Shown here: positions 8,747-17,843 of the stretch, in pieces
Layout of the letters: the number at the start of each line of letters is the position of its first letter
How positions within the stretch are numbered: position 1 is the stretch's first letter
Assembly (NCBI GenBank): GCA_001820875.1
Contig: MHRF01000013.1
Location: 9,992-73,991 of the forward strand
DNA: 64,000 bases
From: Candidatus Taylorbacteria bacterium RIFCSPHIGHO2_01_FULL_46_22b
Lineage (GTDB): Bacteria > Patescibacteriota > Minisyncoccia > Phycocordibacterales > DSPV01
Direction of reading: 5' to 3'
The notes under the pieces: generated by a model
Told to the model about the DNA's origin: nothing
The model's input: the letters and a program-made list of their open reading frames with translations, nothing else
The model's database searches: none
Made by a program: the position numbers and the translations under genes

Positions 8747-8771
8747 CGGAGTTCAACTCTCCGCACCCCGA
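8747..8771 (+). repeat. Exact copy of the 3' 25 nt of tRNA-Pro (T-arm plus acceptor strand)
   Basis: CGGAGTTCAACTCTCCGCACCCCGA identical to 8698-8722. Confidence 0.92.
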
Positions 8772-8833
8772 AAATGTAGGATAATAAAGGTTAAAATAGG
8801 CCAGAAATAAAAGAGTTTAAACCTTGTAACATA

Positions 8834-10387
8834 ATGATTTCAGATAGTTTTAAGAAAGTATTAGATGTGCTTCGGACACATTCAGATACCGCAAGCGAAG
8901 GGGTGGGGGGAGGTCCTCGCGTATCAGTCAATCAAATCACCAAGAAAGTCGGCGTTTTCTACGAAAAGGTTCGTTATTTGGTTGATTACAAAAAAGAGCA
9001 CGCGATCAAGCGCAGCGCAGTTGAACGCATTCTCAAGCGCAAAATTGCAATTGAACAAAGCGGTAAAATCGGTGAATCACTTTTGAATGAACTAGTAACT
9101 GGGGGGTATCTTCCCAACAACGCTGTTTCAGAGAATATGGCGGGGAATATCAATGCGATTGCGGCAAAATACATGAATCTTTCGCATGCGGGTGCACTGA
9201 ATCAAAATATGGCGTTAAGTTTTGCTGCAACCGAAATTGAACGATTGTTATATCCTCGCATTCTTCCGGATTTAATTGCAGATTATTTTTACAATACTAT
9301 TTCACCGCAAGTGAAATATGTAGGCGCGATAGATAGTGCCCGTTTTCAATCTCAAGTATATATTGCATGTCGGAGAAGTTTTTTGGATGACGATGAGGAG
9401 ACCCTACGGTATGTCATGCTCGGCAAATACGTCCCTGAAGTCCTTCCGCACCAAGTTTCAAATGAGGAATTAGTGCCACTTGCGCCGCGCGTAGCAAAAG
9501 CGATTGCGCTGATAGACACCGAGCTCGATAACCCACTTGCATGGCGTATTGCAGTCAAACTTCGCAACCATTCGATTTTTGTTTCGGTTATTGATGAGAT
9601 CGTGCGCCAATACAGTGTGGTGTCTGAAGAAATATTCAATGACCCTGTACGTTTCGAGGAGACAGTTCGGCAGATACTTGCGGAAAAATATAAATTGGAG
9701 CGCTCGAGGGTAAATAAAAGTGGAACGAGAGCTATTATCTACATTTTTATGACAAAGGTTGTTCTTGGCCTTACCTTTGAATTTCCGTACGAGATTTTCT
9801 TTTTCCAGTCTTTAAACTATCTCGCACTCGGAACCAATGTATTTTTCCACCCGCTGCTTCTGTTCGCTATGATTAAATCAGTGCGAGTGCCCGACGAAGA
9901 AAATACGAAGCGTATTGTCACAGGCATTCAGCATATGATTCATGGGGAAAGCACAAAAGATATCTATATCCGCGAGCGAGTACATCACCTACCTCTCCAA
10001 ATTATTTTTGGATTTTTCTACCTTCTCTTGTATGCAATCAGCTTTGGTTTCTTGCTTTCAGTACTGAAGTTCTTAGAATTTAACTTCGTCAGCATTGTCC
10101 TTTTCCTCCTATTCTTGACCTTGGTGAGCTATTTTGGTATTCGCATTCGACACAAGGCGAAGAAATGGCTTGTGGATCGCGAGCATGAAGGGTTTGGGGT
10201 GGTTATTTGGAATTTCCTAACGCTCCCGATTGTTCGCGCTGGAGGATGGATTAATCGCAAGTTCTCCCGCATAAATTTCGCGGTATTCGTACTCGATTTT
10301 ATTATCGAAACACCTTTCAAATTCACTTTAGGTGCGTTTGATTCGTTTGTCTCATTCATTAACGAAAAGAGGGAAGGGCCATACTAA
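8834..10387 (+). CDS. Hypothetical protein with soluble N-terminus and C-terminal TM segments
   Basis: 517-aa ORF, about 4 TM helices in the C-terminal half; no recognised motif. Confidence 0.8.
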   Translation: MISDSFKKVLDVLRTHSDTASEGVGGGPRVSVNQITKKVGVFYEKVRYLVDYKKEHAIKRSAVERILKRKIAIEQSGKIGESLLNELVTGGYLPNNAVSENMAGNINAIAAKYMNLSHAGALNQNMALSFAATEIERLLYPRILPDLIADYFYNTISPQVKYVGAIDSARFQSQVYIACRRSFLDDDEETLRYVMLGKYVPEVLPHQVSNEELVPLAPRVAKAIALIDTELDNPLAWRIAVKLRNHSIFVSVIDEIVRQYSVVSEEIFNDPVRFEETVRQILAEKYKLERSRVNKSGTRAIIYIFMTKVVLGLTFEFPYEIFFFQSLNYLALGTNVFFHPLLLFAMIKSVRVPDEENTKRIVTGIQHMIHGESTKDIYIRERVHHLPLQIIFGFFYLLLYAISFGFLLSVLKFLEFNFVSIVLFLLFLTLVSYFGIRIRHKAKKWLVDREHEGFGVVIWNFLTLPIVRAGGWINRKFSRINFAVFVLDFIIETPFKFTLGAFDSFVSFINEKREGPY

Positions 10388-10680
10388 TGATGTTCAAAAA
10401 TAAGAAGAAAATCCTCTATGTAACGTGTTTTACTTTGCTCGGATATCTTCTTGGCCAGATTATCCATGGATTAATTGAAATTTGGTATATCGGCCTCCTT
10501 ACCGCTGATTTTTCTCGTTTTGGATTCGGACTGTCTTGGGATATGTGGGCTCTTATCCACTATATTCAGGCTGGGATACTCTTTTTAGCCGGTATTCTGC
10601 TTGGTTTTTGGCAGGGGAAGCATTGGTGGAGTCGTTTATATGATGAAGAAGGGAGACGGAAGCTATTTATCCGGAGATAG
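10387..10680 (+). CDS. Small membrane protein
   Basis: 97 aa, two TM helices, coupled to the upstream gene by a TAATG overlap. Confidence 0.7.
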   Translation: MMFKNKKKILYVTCFTLLGYLLGQIIHGLIEIWYIGLLTADFSRFGFGLSWDMWALIHYIQAGILFLAGILLGFWQGKHWWSRLYDEEGRRKLFIRR

Positions 10681-10742
10681 TTTTTCTGTCTAGAGGCAAC
10701 TCAAAGTCTATTTTAACTTTATTTTAAGCCATATTTAGGTGA

Positions 10743-10770
10743 TTGACAAAATCACCTGATATGCTATAAT
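10743..10770 (+). promoter_or_regulatory. Consensus sigma70 promoter
   Basis: TTGACA-16 bp-TATAAT with TGn extension. Confidence 0.8.
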
Positions 10771-10853
10771 TATATCTAGTCAGGGCTTTCGGGCTCTGGC
10801 TTTTAATTTTGTGGTGTGGTCACCACAAAATTTTCCTAAAGACTCGAACTACT

Positions 10854-11315
10854 ATGATAGTTGAAATTACTTCTAGTCTGATGCTCCTTCTCTCCTCGGG
10901 AATGTTGGGACAGGGAACTACTTCTTCACAAAGTACCGTTCCCAACACAATTTCGTCTCCCAAGATGGTCATTGAAACGATAATTGATACGCGCAACCAA
11001 AAGGATGTTGCAGCATATGTAAAGGAATACTTTGCGGATGCTCCCATCATGATGGAAATCGCTCGTTGCGAATCAACATATCGACAAAGCACGCTTCAGG
11101 GTTCGGTGATACGAGGTCGTGTGAATCCAGCAGACGTTGGAGTCATGCAGATCAACGAATATTACCACGCTGACACAGCGGAGAAATTAGGGATTGACCT
11201 CCACACCCTTGAAGGGAACTTGGCCTACGCTAAGTATCTTTACGAGAAAGAAGGGGTTAGACCTTGGAAATCCTCGCAGAAATGCTGGAGTCCAGCCCTT
11301 GAGAGAAAGGGATAA
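10854..11315 (+). CDS. Secreted lytic transglycosylase-like (SLT/lysozyme fold) protein
   Basis: IARCES (catalytic Glu), GVMQIN, GNLAYAKYLY, PW motifs; N-terminal hydrophobic leader. Confidence 0.8.
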   Translation: MIVEITSSLMLLLSSGMLGQGTTSSQSTVPNTISSPKMVIETIIDTRNQKDVAAYVKEYFADAPIMMEIARCESTYRQSTLQGSVIRGRVNPADVGVMQINEYYHADTAEKLGIDLHTLEGNLAYAKYLYEKEGVRPWKSSQKCWSPALERKG

Positions 11316-11328
11316 ATAAATCAGACAT

Positions 11329-11370
11329 ATACAAAACAACCGCCGGAGAAATCCTGCGGTTGTTTTGTAT
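11329..11370. terminator. Intrinsic terminator
   Basis: ATACAAAACAACCGC...GCGGTTGTTTTGTAT inverted repeat after the SLT gene. Confidence 0.8.
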
Positions 11371-11461
11371 ATTAGTTTTCTGGATCGAGATTTTCTTATT
11401 CAATAGATACTCTCATTGTTGGAGGGAAGAGGTCTTTCGAGCCTAATTTCTGAATACATAT

Positions 11462-11489
11462 ATGTCGCACAATATATCTTTTGCGACAC
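11462..11489. other. Candidate dif (Xer recombination) site, symmetric 11-6-11
   Basis: ATGTCGCACAA-TATATC-TTTTGCGACAC; arms are 9/11 inverted; located where gene orientation converges. Confidence 0.6.
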
Positions 11490-11570
11490 TGCCTAGGGCA
11501 AAAAATCGGCCTGTATTTGGCCAACCACTTCCCCGATGTTTTAATGAAATTTAAGGCAACCTCGACGATC

Positions 11571-11822
11571 CTACTCGTTTATGATTCCTGTGGTCGAATC
11601 GAGTGGCACGAGACTATTTCCCCCGTCGCGCTGTATCAAATGCATTAGCGGATTGTAGACATAATTGATAAATCCGTCTTTTATCAATTCCCATGTAAAC
11701 CAGAGATTCTTTTTCAACAAAGGTGTTGTAAAGGCGTTTTGAAGGTCAATTCCGAAGTAACTGACCAATATGATGGCTATCAAGATGAGTATTACGAGCT
11801 GTATGATTCCGCGTTGTCGCAT
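11571..11822 (-). CDS. Small membrane protein with prepilin-like N-terminus
   Basis: MRQRG|IIQLVILILIAIILVSYFG: basic leader, G, then a hydrophobic stretch. Confidence 0.7.
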   Translation of the reverse strand: MRQRGIIQLVILILIAIILVSYFGIDLQNAFTTPLLKKNLWFTWELIKDGFINYVYNPLMHLIQRDGGNSLVPLDSTTGIINE

Positions 11823-11841
11823 TGATGTACTAAATTATAGA

Positions 11842-13146
11842 TTACTGCGAAATTGGAGGCAAATAAGAAAGTGGATTGAGATAGCCGCGCAAATCTGCAA
11901 TGGGCATGCGATATGTGCCCCCGCAGACTCGGCTTCTGCGATCCGCAATTTGAACGCCTTGAGTTGCGTAGACAGTAAAGTGTAAGTGTGGACCGGTTGA
12001 ATACCCAGTATTACCACTGTAGCCGATGACAGAGCCTGTAGAGACCGAATCTCCGGCAGAGACGCCAATAACTGAAAGGTGTGCATAGAGAGTCGAAAGA
12101 CCGTTGTCGTGCTTAATTAGGACCCATTTGCCGTATGATGCTCCGGCGCAGACAGCATCGGTGTCCCCAGTTCCCGTAACTTCCCCGCTTTTTGCAGATT
12201 TTATGGGAGTGCCAATGGAGGCGCGGAAATCAATTCCATTATGGCCTTGTCCGTTGTATGCTTGCGGATTTGCTTTCGCAAAAGCAGTGTTTCCAAAATA
12301 TTGCGTGACAAATATAGTTTCTAGTGGCCAGTTTAGGGCTCCTGCATGAGCTTCAGGGATTTTTGATGGATCGGTAATCAGACGCAATTCTGATTCAAAG
12401 CTCAATAGCTCGTCCTCGAAAGCATTTTTAAGTGCCGTTTTTTCTTTGAGGAGTTTTTGATAGTTGGCTTCGTTGTTCTTGGTGGTGGCGAGTAGTTTAT
12501 TTTTTTGCTGCGTGTTGTATTCCACAACCTTTTTTTGGTTGGCTAATTGGTTACGCAATTGCGTCAGTTGAGTCTTAATTTTAAGAGATTCAGTCTGCCG
12601 ATCCTCAAGCCCAGTTTTTATCTCGCCCAAACTTGCAATATGAGCATGCAAGCCTTCCTGTATATCTTGGATGACTACTACGTCATTCCATACGGTCGAA
12701 AAATCATCTGCAGCAAGAAATCGTTCGGTAAAGGAAGCCTGATCGTAGCTATCAATGATGCGCAAACCCTGCGCGACAGCCTCTCTTCCTGCATCCATGC
12801 GCGTTTCTTTGTCTTTGATATCAATTGAAAGGGCTTCAAGTTCGTAGCTCGTTTTGCTGATTTTATTTTCTGTTACAGAAATGTCTGCAACAAGTTTTTT
12901 GCGCGTTATATCGAGGCTTTTTATCTCATTTTGCAGACTTTGCTTCTGTGTACCGATTTGTTTGAGTTCTCCTTGGTATTTCTCTATTTCGGCTTCTAGA
13001 TCTGCAATAGATTTTGCTTTACCATCAATCAATGATCGAAGTTCGGTCTCGCGTTCAGGGCTCTGTGCAAATACACTAAGAGGCATTCCTAGGAATACCA
13101 AGATCAGCGTTAATGAGATAACAGGTCGTAGCAATAAAGACTTCAC
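11842..13146 (-). CDS. Coiled-coil plus M23 peptidase (EnvC/CwlO-like murein hydrolase)
   Basis: Signal peptide, long coiled coil, HNGIDF, YAHL, STGPHLHF. Start GTG 13146, 6 nt after TACAAT. Confidence 0.9.
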   Translation of the reverse strand: MKSLLLRPVISLTLILVFLGMPLSVFAQSPERETELRSLIDGKAKSIADLEAEIEKYQGELKQIGTQKQSLQNEIKSLDITRKKLVADISVTENKISKTSYELEALSIDIKDKETRMDAGREAVAQGLRIIDSYDQASFTERFLAADDFSTVWNDVVVIQDIQEGLHAHIASLGEIKTGLEDRQTESLKIKTQLTQLRNQLANQKKVVEYNTQQKNKLLATTKNNEANYQKLLKEKTALKNAFEDELLSFESELRLITDPSKIPEAHAGALNWPLETIFVTQYFGNTAFAKANPQAYNGQGHNGIDFRASIGTPIKSAKSGEVTGTGDTDAVCAGASYGKWVLIKHDNGLSTLYAHLSVIGVSAGDSVSTGSVIGYSGNTGYSTGPHLHFTVYATQGVQIADRRSRVCGGTYRMPIADLRGYLNPLSYLPPISQ

Positions 13147-13150
13147 GTGC

Positions 13151-14500
13151 TTATTGTAGCAAATTCGCAGCTGTTTTGAGGCGTGAAATACTTTCGGTAA
13201 TACCAAGTAGGCTTGCGAGGTTGAACGGATCGATAGATTTCTGTTTGCCGGAGAGTGCAAAGCGCATTGGCCACAAGATTTCACCTTTACCTTCTTTTTC
13301 TGCATACGGAAGTATAGCTGACTGCACTTCTTCCATAGATGCGGTCGGCTCGAGTTCTTCCAATAGTTTGACTACATGTAAAAGATGTGTTTTTGTATTT
13401 TGGGGGTCAGGGGACTTCTTCCAGAGAAGTTCAGTTGGGTTGCAGGTGGGAGCATGTGAAAGATACTCAATCCCCTCCTCGATAAGGATTTTTTTGATCT
13501 CACTGAAAACTTGAATTCGATCAGCAAGAATAGTAGCTAAACGCACCTGTTGCCAATCGGCAAGATATTTTGTTAGAGGTTCTTCGTGGAGTATCTGGGT
13601 GACCGTTTCCACCACCTCCCCTTTCGGACGTAGGTGCAGGTACTCTTTGTTCACCCAGTTTAACTTTTCGGGATTAAAAATTGCCCCGCCTTTTTGCACT
13701 CGATCAAGCTTGAATTCTGTTACCAGTTCCTTGAGGGAGAATAATTCGCGATCACTCCCCGGATTCCATCCCAAAAGTGCAAGAAAATTTATAAGCGCCT
13801 CTGGCAAATAGCCTTGCTCTCGATAGAATTTTAGCGAGACGCTTTCCCCGTGCTTACGCTTGGAGAGTTTTGATTTATCAGTCGCCAAAATAAGCGGAAT
13901 GTGTGCGTATAACGGTCGCGGTGCGCCGATCGCTTCTTGGATCAGGATTTGGCGCGGGGTGTTTGATATATGATCCTCGCCGCGAATCACATGCGTGATA
14001 CCCATATCAAAATCATCCGCGACAACTGCAAGATGAAAGAGGGGCTCTGAAAGCGATTTAGCGATTACAAAATCTCCGAGTTCGGTTGTGTCAAATTCGA
14101 TATGGCCTTTGATCAAATCATCAAAAGCAATTTTTCGGTTTGGATTTTTGAAACGGATAACTTCCGCTCGTTGGCCTTCCTCGGTGACTTTTTCTTTCGA
14201 AACGTATGCTAAACCTTTCTCGATAAGTATCGAAAGATATTTCTTGTGATTCTCAATTCTTTCGGATTGAATTACGGTTTCATCAAAAGAAAGTCCGAGC
14301 CATTTAAAGCCTTCAACAATGTCGTCCGCATACTCCTGTTTTGATCGCTCTTTATCTGTATCCTCAACGCGTAAGACAAGTTTACCGTTGTTTTGTTTGG
14401 CAAAAAGATAGTTGAACAGCGCCGAGCGGACGCCACCGACGTGGAGTGGTCCGGTGGGGCTAGGGGCAAATCGGCAGACAATTTTTGATGGTTTAGACAT
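13151..14500 (-). CDS. gltX: Glutamate--tRNA ligase
   Basis: RFAPSPTGPLHVGG, LRVEDTD, ITHVIRGEDH, KLSKR. Confidence 0.97.
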   Translation of the reverse strand: MSKPSKIVCRFAPSPTGPLHVGGVRSALFNYLFAKQNNGKLVLRVEDTDKERSKQEYADDIVEGFKWLGLSFDETVIQSERIENHKKYLSILIEKGLAYVSKEKVTEEGQRAEVIRFKNPNRKIAFDDLIKGHIEFDTTELGDFVIAKSLSEPLFHLAVVADDFDMGITHVIRGEDHISNTPRQILIQEAIGAPRPLYAHIPLILATDKSKLSKRKHGESVSLKFYREQGYLPEALINFLALLGWNPGSDRELFSLKELVTEFKLDRVQKGGAIFNPEKLNWVNKEYLHLRPKGEVVETVTQILHEEPLTKYLADWQQVRLATILADRIQVFSEIKKILIEEGIEYLSHAPTCNPTELLWKKSPDPQNTKTHLLHVVKLLEELEPTASMEEVQSAILPYAEKEGKGEILWPMRFALSGKQKSIDPFNLASLLGITESISRLKTAANLLQ

Positions 14501-14506
14501 GATTAA

Positions 14507-15637
14507 TTAATTTTCGTGTTTAAGCGCGATGGCAATAATTCCTCGAGCAACTTTTTCAGCCGCATCTGGTTTGGCAAATTGCTGCGCACCTGCGGACATT
14601 TTTTGCAAAAGTGATTTATCTTCGATTAAACGTTTCAAATCTGCAAATAATATGTGCGGTTTTAAGTTTCCTTCTTCAATCACGACACAGGCCCCGCTTT
14701 TTTCGTATTCTATGGCATTCTTTCTCTGGTGATCGCCATTTGAGTCCGTGATAGGCACAATAATCGAGGGTTTCCCCCAAATTGCGATTTCTGAAATTGC
14801 TCCAGCGCCGGCGCGCGACAGGATGATATCCGCGGCACCTGCAGCCATCTTGAGTGTTTCAGTGTCGAGATATGAGAATGGACGATACCGGTTTTTGAAT
14901 TGATTGTCCTGCAAGGCGACACTTGAAACATTGGAGACCTCTTTAAAGTTGTTTGGACCAGTTTGGTGAATCACTTGAAATTCACGAACAAGTTCATTCA
15001 AAACATCCAAAAGGGTGTTGTTAAGTAGTTGTGCCCCCTGCGATCCCCCGAGTACCAAAAGTGTAGGAACTTTTGCATCAAAGTGTAGGAGTTGGTGCAC
15101 TCCTTCACGTAAGAGCGTTTTGACCTCATTTCTCACTGGATTGCCTGTCCACGCTGTTTTTTTCAGGGGGAAATATTGAACAGCATTGCTGAAGGAAACT
15201 GCAATTCGGGTAGCAAATTTCCCAGCCCACGCATTTGCGCGTCCGGGGACGCTATCCGATTCATGAATAATAAGCGGAATCCGCAGTATCCGCGCGGCAA
15301 GTGTAGCAGGGAAACTTCCATATCCGCCCTTGCTGAATATCACATCAGGATAAATGGCAAAGACGGTAAAAAACGCATGAATAGTTCCCCAGATTGTTTT
15401 AAAGATATCAAAAAAGTTTTGTATCGATACATATCGGCGCAATTTTCCCGCAGGGACTTTTTTGAAGACAATGTCATTGTCAAACAGAGCTTTTTGATCA
15501 TACGGTGCGTCTGACATAAAAAAGAGTTCAGGTGTCACCAGTTTTTCTTCGTGGGTTATTCTGTTCAATTCTTCTGCAACGGCGATCAGAGGATAAAAAT
15601 GACCTCCTGATCCCCCGCCGGTCAATAAAATCTTCAT
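14507..15637 (-). CDS. murG: Undecaprenyl-PP-MurNAc-pentapeptide GlcNAc transferase
   Basis: TGGGSGGHFYP, KGGY, HESD, TGNPVR, GGSQGA, SRAG. Confidence 0.96.
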   Translation of the reverse strand: MKILLTGGGSGGHFYPLIAVAEELNRITHEEKLVTPELFFMSDAPYDQKALFDNDIVFKKVPAGKLRRYVSIQNFFDIFKTIWGTIHAFFTVFAIYPDVIFSKGGYGSFPATLAARILRIPLIIHESDSVPGRANAWAGKFATRIAVSFSNAVQYFPLKKTAWTGNPVRNEVKTLLREGVHQLLHFDAKVPTLLVLGGSQGAQLLNNTLLDVLNELVREFQVIHQTGPNNFKEVSNVSSVALQDNQFKNRYRPFSYLDTETLKMAAGAADIILSRAGAGAISEIAIWGKPSIIVPITDSNGDHQRKNAIEYEKSGACVVIEEGNLKPHILFADLKRLIEDKSLLQKMSAGAQQFAKPDAAEKVARGIIAIALKHEN

Positions 15638-15657
15638 ATTCGTCAATTATAGCACTA

Positions 15658-16761
15658 TCAAGAAGCTCTTCGAGAAATAGAAAGGAGAATTCCCGCTTCG
15701 CCTAATGTGAAGAGAAGCGCGGTGCCTCCATGGCTGACAAATGGTAGGGTGATGCCCGAAAGCGGGAAAATTCCGATCATGGCTCCGATATTCACGAGTG
15801 CCTGTGAAAGAAACATCACAATGATTCCAATGGCAAGATATCTTCCGAATAAATCTGGCGAGTGGCTTGCGACACGCAAGCCTTGATGTGCGAGTAAAAA
15901 GAAAAGAAGGAGAATCAAAACACTTCCGACAAAACCGAATTCCTCGCTCGCCACTGCATACACGCTATCCCCTATCGGTTCGGGGAGATAGTTGAATTTT
16001 TGAATGCTTTTTCCAAAGCCTCTTCCTAAAAATCCGCCGGAACCGACCGCAATTAGAGATTGCTGAATTTGATATCCGGATCCGAGACTGTCTTCAGTTG
16101 GATTGGCAAACGTATTAATGCGGTCACGCACATAAGGAAATGCAAACGCAAGTGCAGTCAAAAGTCCTGCAGTCAAAAGCCCGAGAAGTAGCAGATGCCT
16201 CAAACGCGCTCCGGCTGCAATGTACATAGCAGTAGCTCCGGCACCGATTACCAGAAACGTATCAATATCAGGTTGTTTGAAAAGTATTGCTCCGGCAAGA
16301 CCCATAATAATCACAAAAGGAAGTAGTCCCCAGCGAATAGTGCTCGCGCGTTGTTTAACAGTTGCAAACCATGCTGCGAGATATATCAGCACACCAATTT
16401 TTAGAAACTCTGAAGGTTGAAATGTGTGCGAGCCAATAGAAATCCAGCGAGTGGCGCCCCCGTGAGAAAATCCAAGATAGGGTATAAAGACAAGTAGAGA
16501 GGCTACCATCGAGGCAATGAGAAGATAAAAGGCCAAACTACGCAGATATTTGTAAGGGACACGTGAAAGTATGAACATCAGGATAAGTCCGGGGATCAAT
16601 CCAAAAATAGTTTGCGTCAAGACAGTGGACTGGAAATTTGCGCCGCTGTCGCGTGCGACGAGTCCAACTGACGCAGAAAGGAAAATAATAAATCCGAAAA
16701 AAGTGAGTGTCAGAAGGATGACGAGCAGCCAACGGTTTACTGGAGCATGCGCGCGTGACAT
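15658..16761 (-). CDS. ftsW: SEDS peptidoglycan polymerase FtsW
   Basis: GATRWI, FQPSEFLK, QPD, GYQIQQS, LPEP, GITLPFVSHGG; lies between mraY and murG. Confidence 0.93.
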   Translation of the reverse strand: MSRAHAPVNRWLLVILLTLTFFGFIIFLSASVGLVARDSGANFQSTVLTQTIFGLIPGLILMFILSRVPYKYLRSLAFYLLIASMVASLLVFIPYLGFSHGGATRWISIGSHTFQPSEFLKIGVLIYLAAWFATVKQRASTIRWGLLPFVIIMGLAGAILFKQPDIDTFLVIGAGATAMYIAAGARLRHLLLLGLLTAGLLTALAFAFPYVRDRINTFANPTEDSLGSGYQIQQSLIAVGSGGFLGRGFGKSIQKFNYLPEPIGDSVYAVASEEFGFVGSVLILLLFFLLAHQGLRVASHSPDLFGRYLAIGIIVMFLSQALVNIGAMIGIFPLSGITLPFVSHGGTALLFTLGEAGILLSISRRAS

Positions 16762-16765
16762 TTGT

Positions 16766-17836
16766 TTATCCGATAACCCCTATCATCATGCCGATAATCG
16801 CAAAAATAATGCCGATTACCCAGTAACGCATGGTCACTTTATATGCCGGCCAGCCGATTGCTTCAAAATGATGATGTAGAGGCGCCACCAAGAAAACCTT
16901 TTTCTTGCGAAAACGTTTGGAGAGTATCTGGATAATATTTGAGAGTGTGGTTAAAACAAGCGGTAATGCAATAATAGGAAGTACGAATACACCATGTCCT
17001 CCATCAACGGAATCGGTCAGAAATGCGACGACTGCGAGCGTTATGGTCAATGCCATGCTTCCAGTTTCAGACATGTAAAATCGAGCAGGTGGAATATTGA
17101 ACCAGAGAAATGCAAGAATCGCCCCTACCAAGGTCATGCAGAAAGCCGCGAGATCAATTTGCTGTTGGAAGAAGGCAATACCGGCGTAGGCACTGAATAT
17201 TGCTGCGAAGATACCTCCGGCAAGTCCATCAATACCGTCTATGACCCCTCCGGAGTAAATACCTAAAGTGACGAGCAGGAAGAGTGGAATAAAGAGCCAG
17301 CCAAGTTCAAATTCACCGAAAAAAGGTATGCCTACGCTATGCGTTTCCAGTTTGATATAAAACCAGAATGCAACAAGGAGCGAGATTGCAGAGACAATCA
17401 ACAAACGCTTTCTAAGAGAAAGACCTCCGGCAACATGATCTCCTGTTCCCCGTACTTCCATATAATCGTCAATGAGTCCTACAAGTCCCCCGAGAATAAG
17501 TGTGGCGAATGGAAGCCAAGTTTGTCCTCGGCTTAAAAATAATAATTTAGCGGTATCTACAGAGGGTAGGATAATGCTCAACAACAAGAGAAGTGCGACT
17601 GTGAGTATTGGGCTCGCCCAGATCAGTATTCCGCCCATTTTGGGGACGCTTACTTCGCGAACCTCATGGAGTTTATTGAAAATAGGCGTATCGGCTCCAT
17701 CGAGCGTTTTTTTGCCTGCTCGTTTTTTCCACATTTTGTATTTATACAAATAGTGGTTGAGTATCAAAGAGAGCCCGATACCGAAAAAGAAGGAGAGAGT
17801 TGAAGGAATGAATATTTTGAGGACGTCGATAATCAT
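16766..17836 (-). CDS. mraY: Phospho-N-acetylmuramoyl-pentapeptide transferase
   Basis: PKMGG, GLIDD, DGIDGLA, WFNIPPARFYM, APLHHHFE. Confidence 0.95.
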   Translation of the reverse strand: MIIDVLKIFIPSTLSFFFGIGLSLILNHYLYKYKMWKKRAGKKTLDGADTPIFNKLHEVREVSVPKMGGILIWASPILTVALLLLLSIILPSVDTAKLLFLSRGQTWLPFATLILGGLVGLIDDYMEVRGTGDHVAGGLSLRKRLLIVSAISLLVAFWFYIKLETHSVGIPFFGEFELGWLFIPLFLLVTLGIYSGGVIDGIDGLAGGIFAAIFSAYAGIAFFQQQIDLAAFCMTLVGAILAFLWFNIPPARFYMSETGSMALTITLAVVAFLTDSVDGGHGVFVLPIIALPLVLTTLSNIIQILSKRFRKKKVFLVAPLHHHFEAIGWPAYKVTMRYWVIGIIFAIIGMMIGVIG

Positions 17837-17843
17837 ACCTGTA

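Noticed and set aside
8545-8771. tRNA repeats read as a CRISPR array or as a tRNA intron
   Set aside because: The repeats are tRNA parts, not equal units with spacers; no cas genes. The inserts are too short for a group I core and the inner tRNA is intact.
16154-16180. 12-bp direct repeat TGCAGTCAAAAG in ftsW
   Set aside because: Small in-frame duplication in a TM helix (LLTAG LLTA); no wider significance evident.
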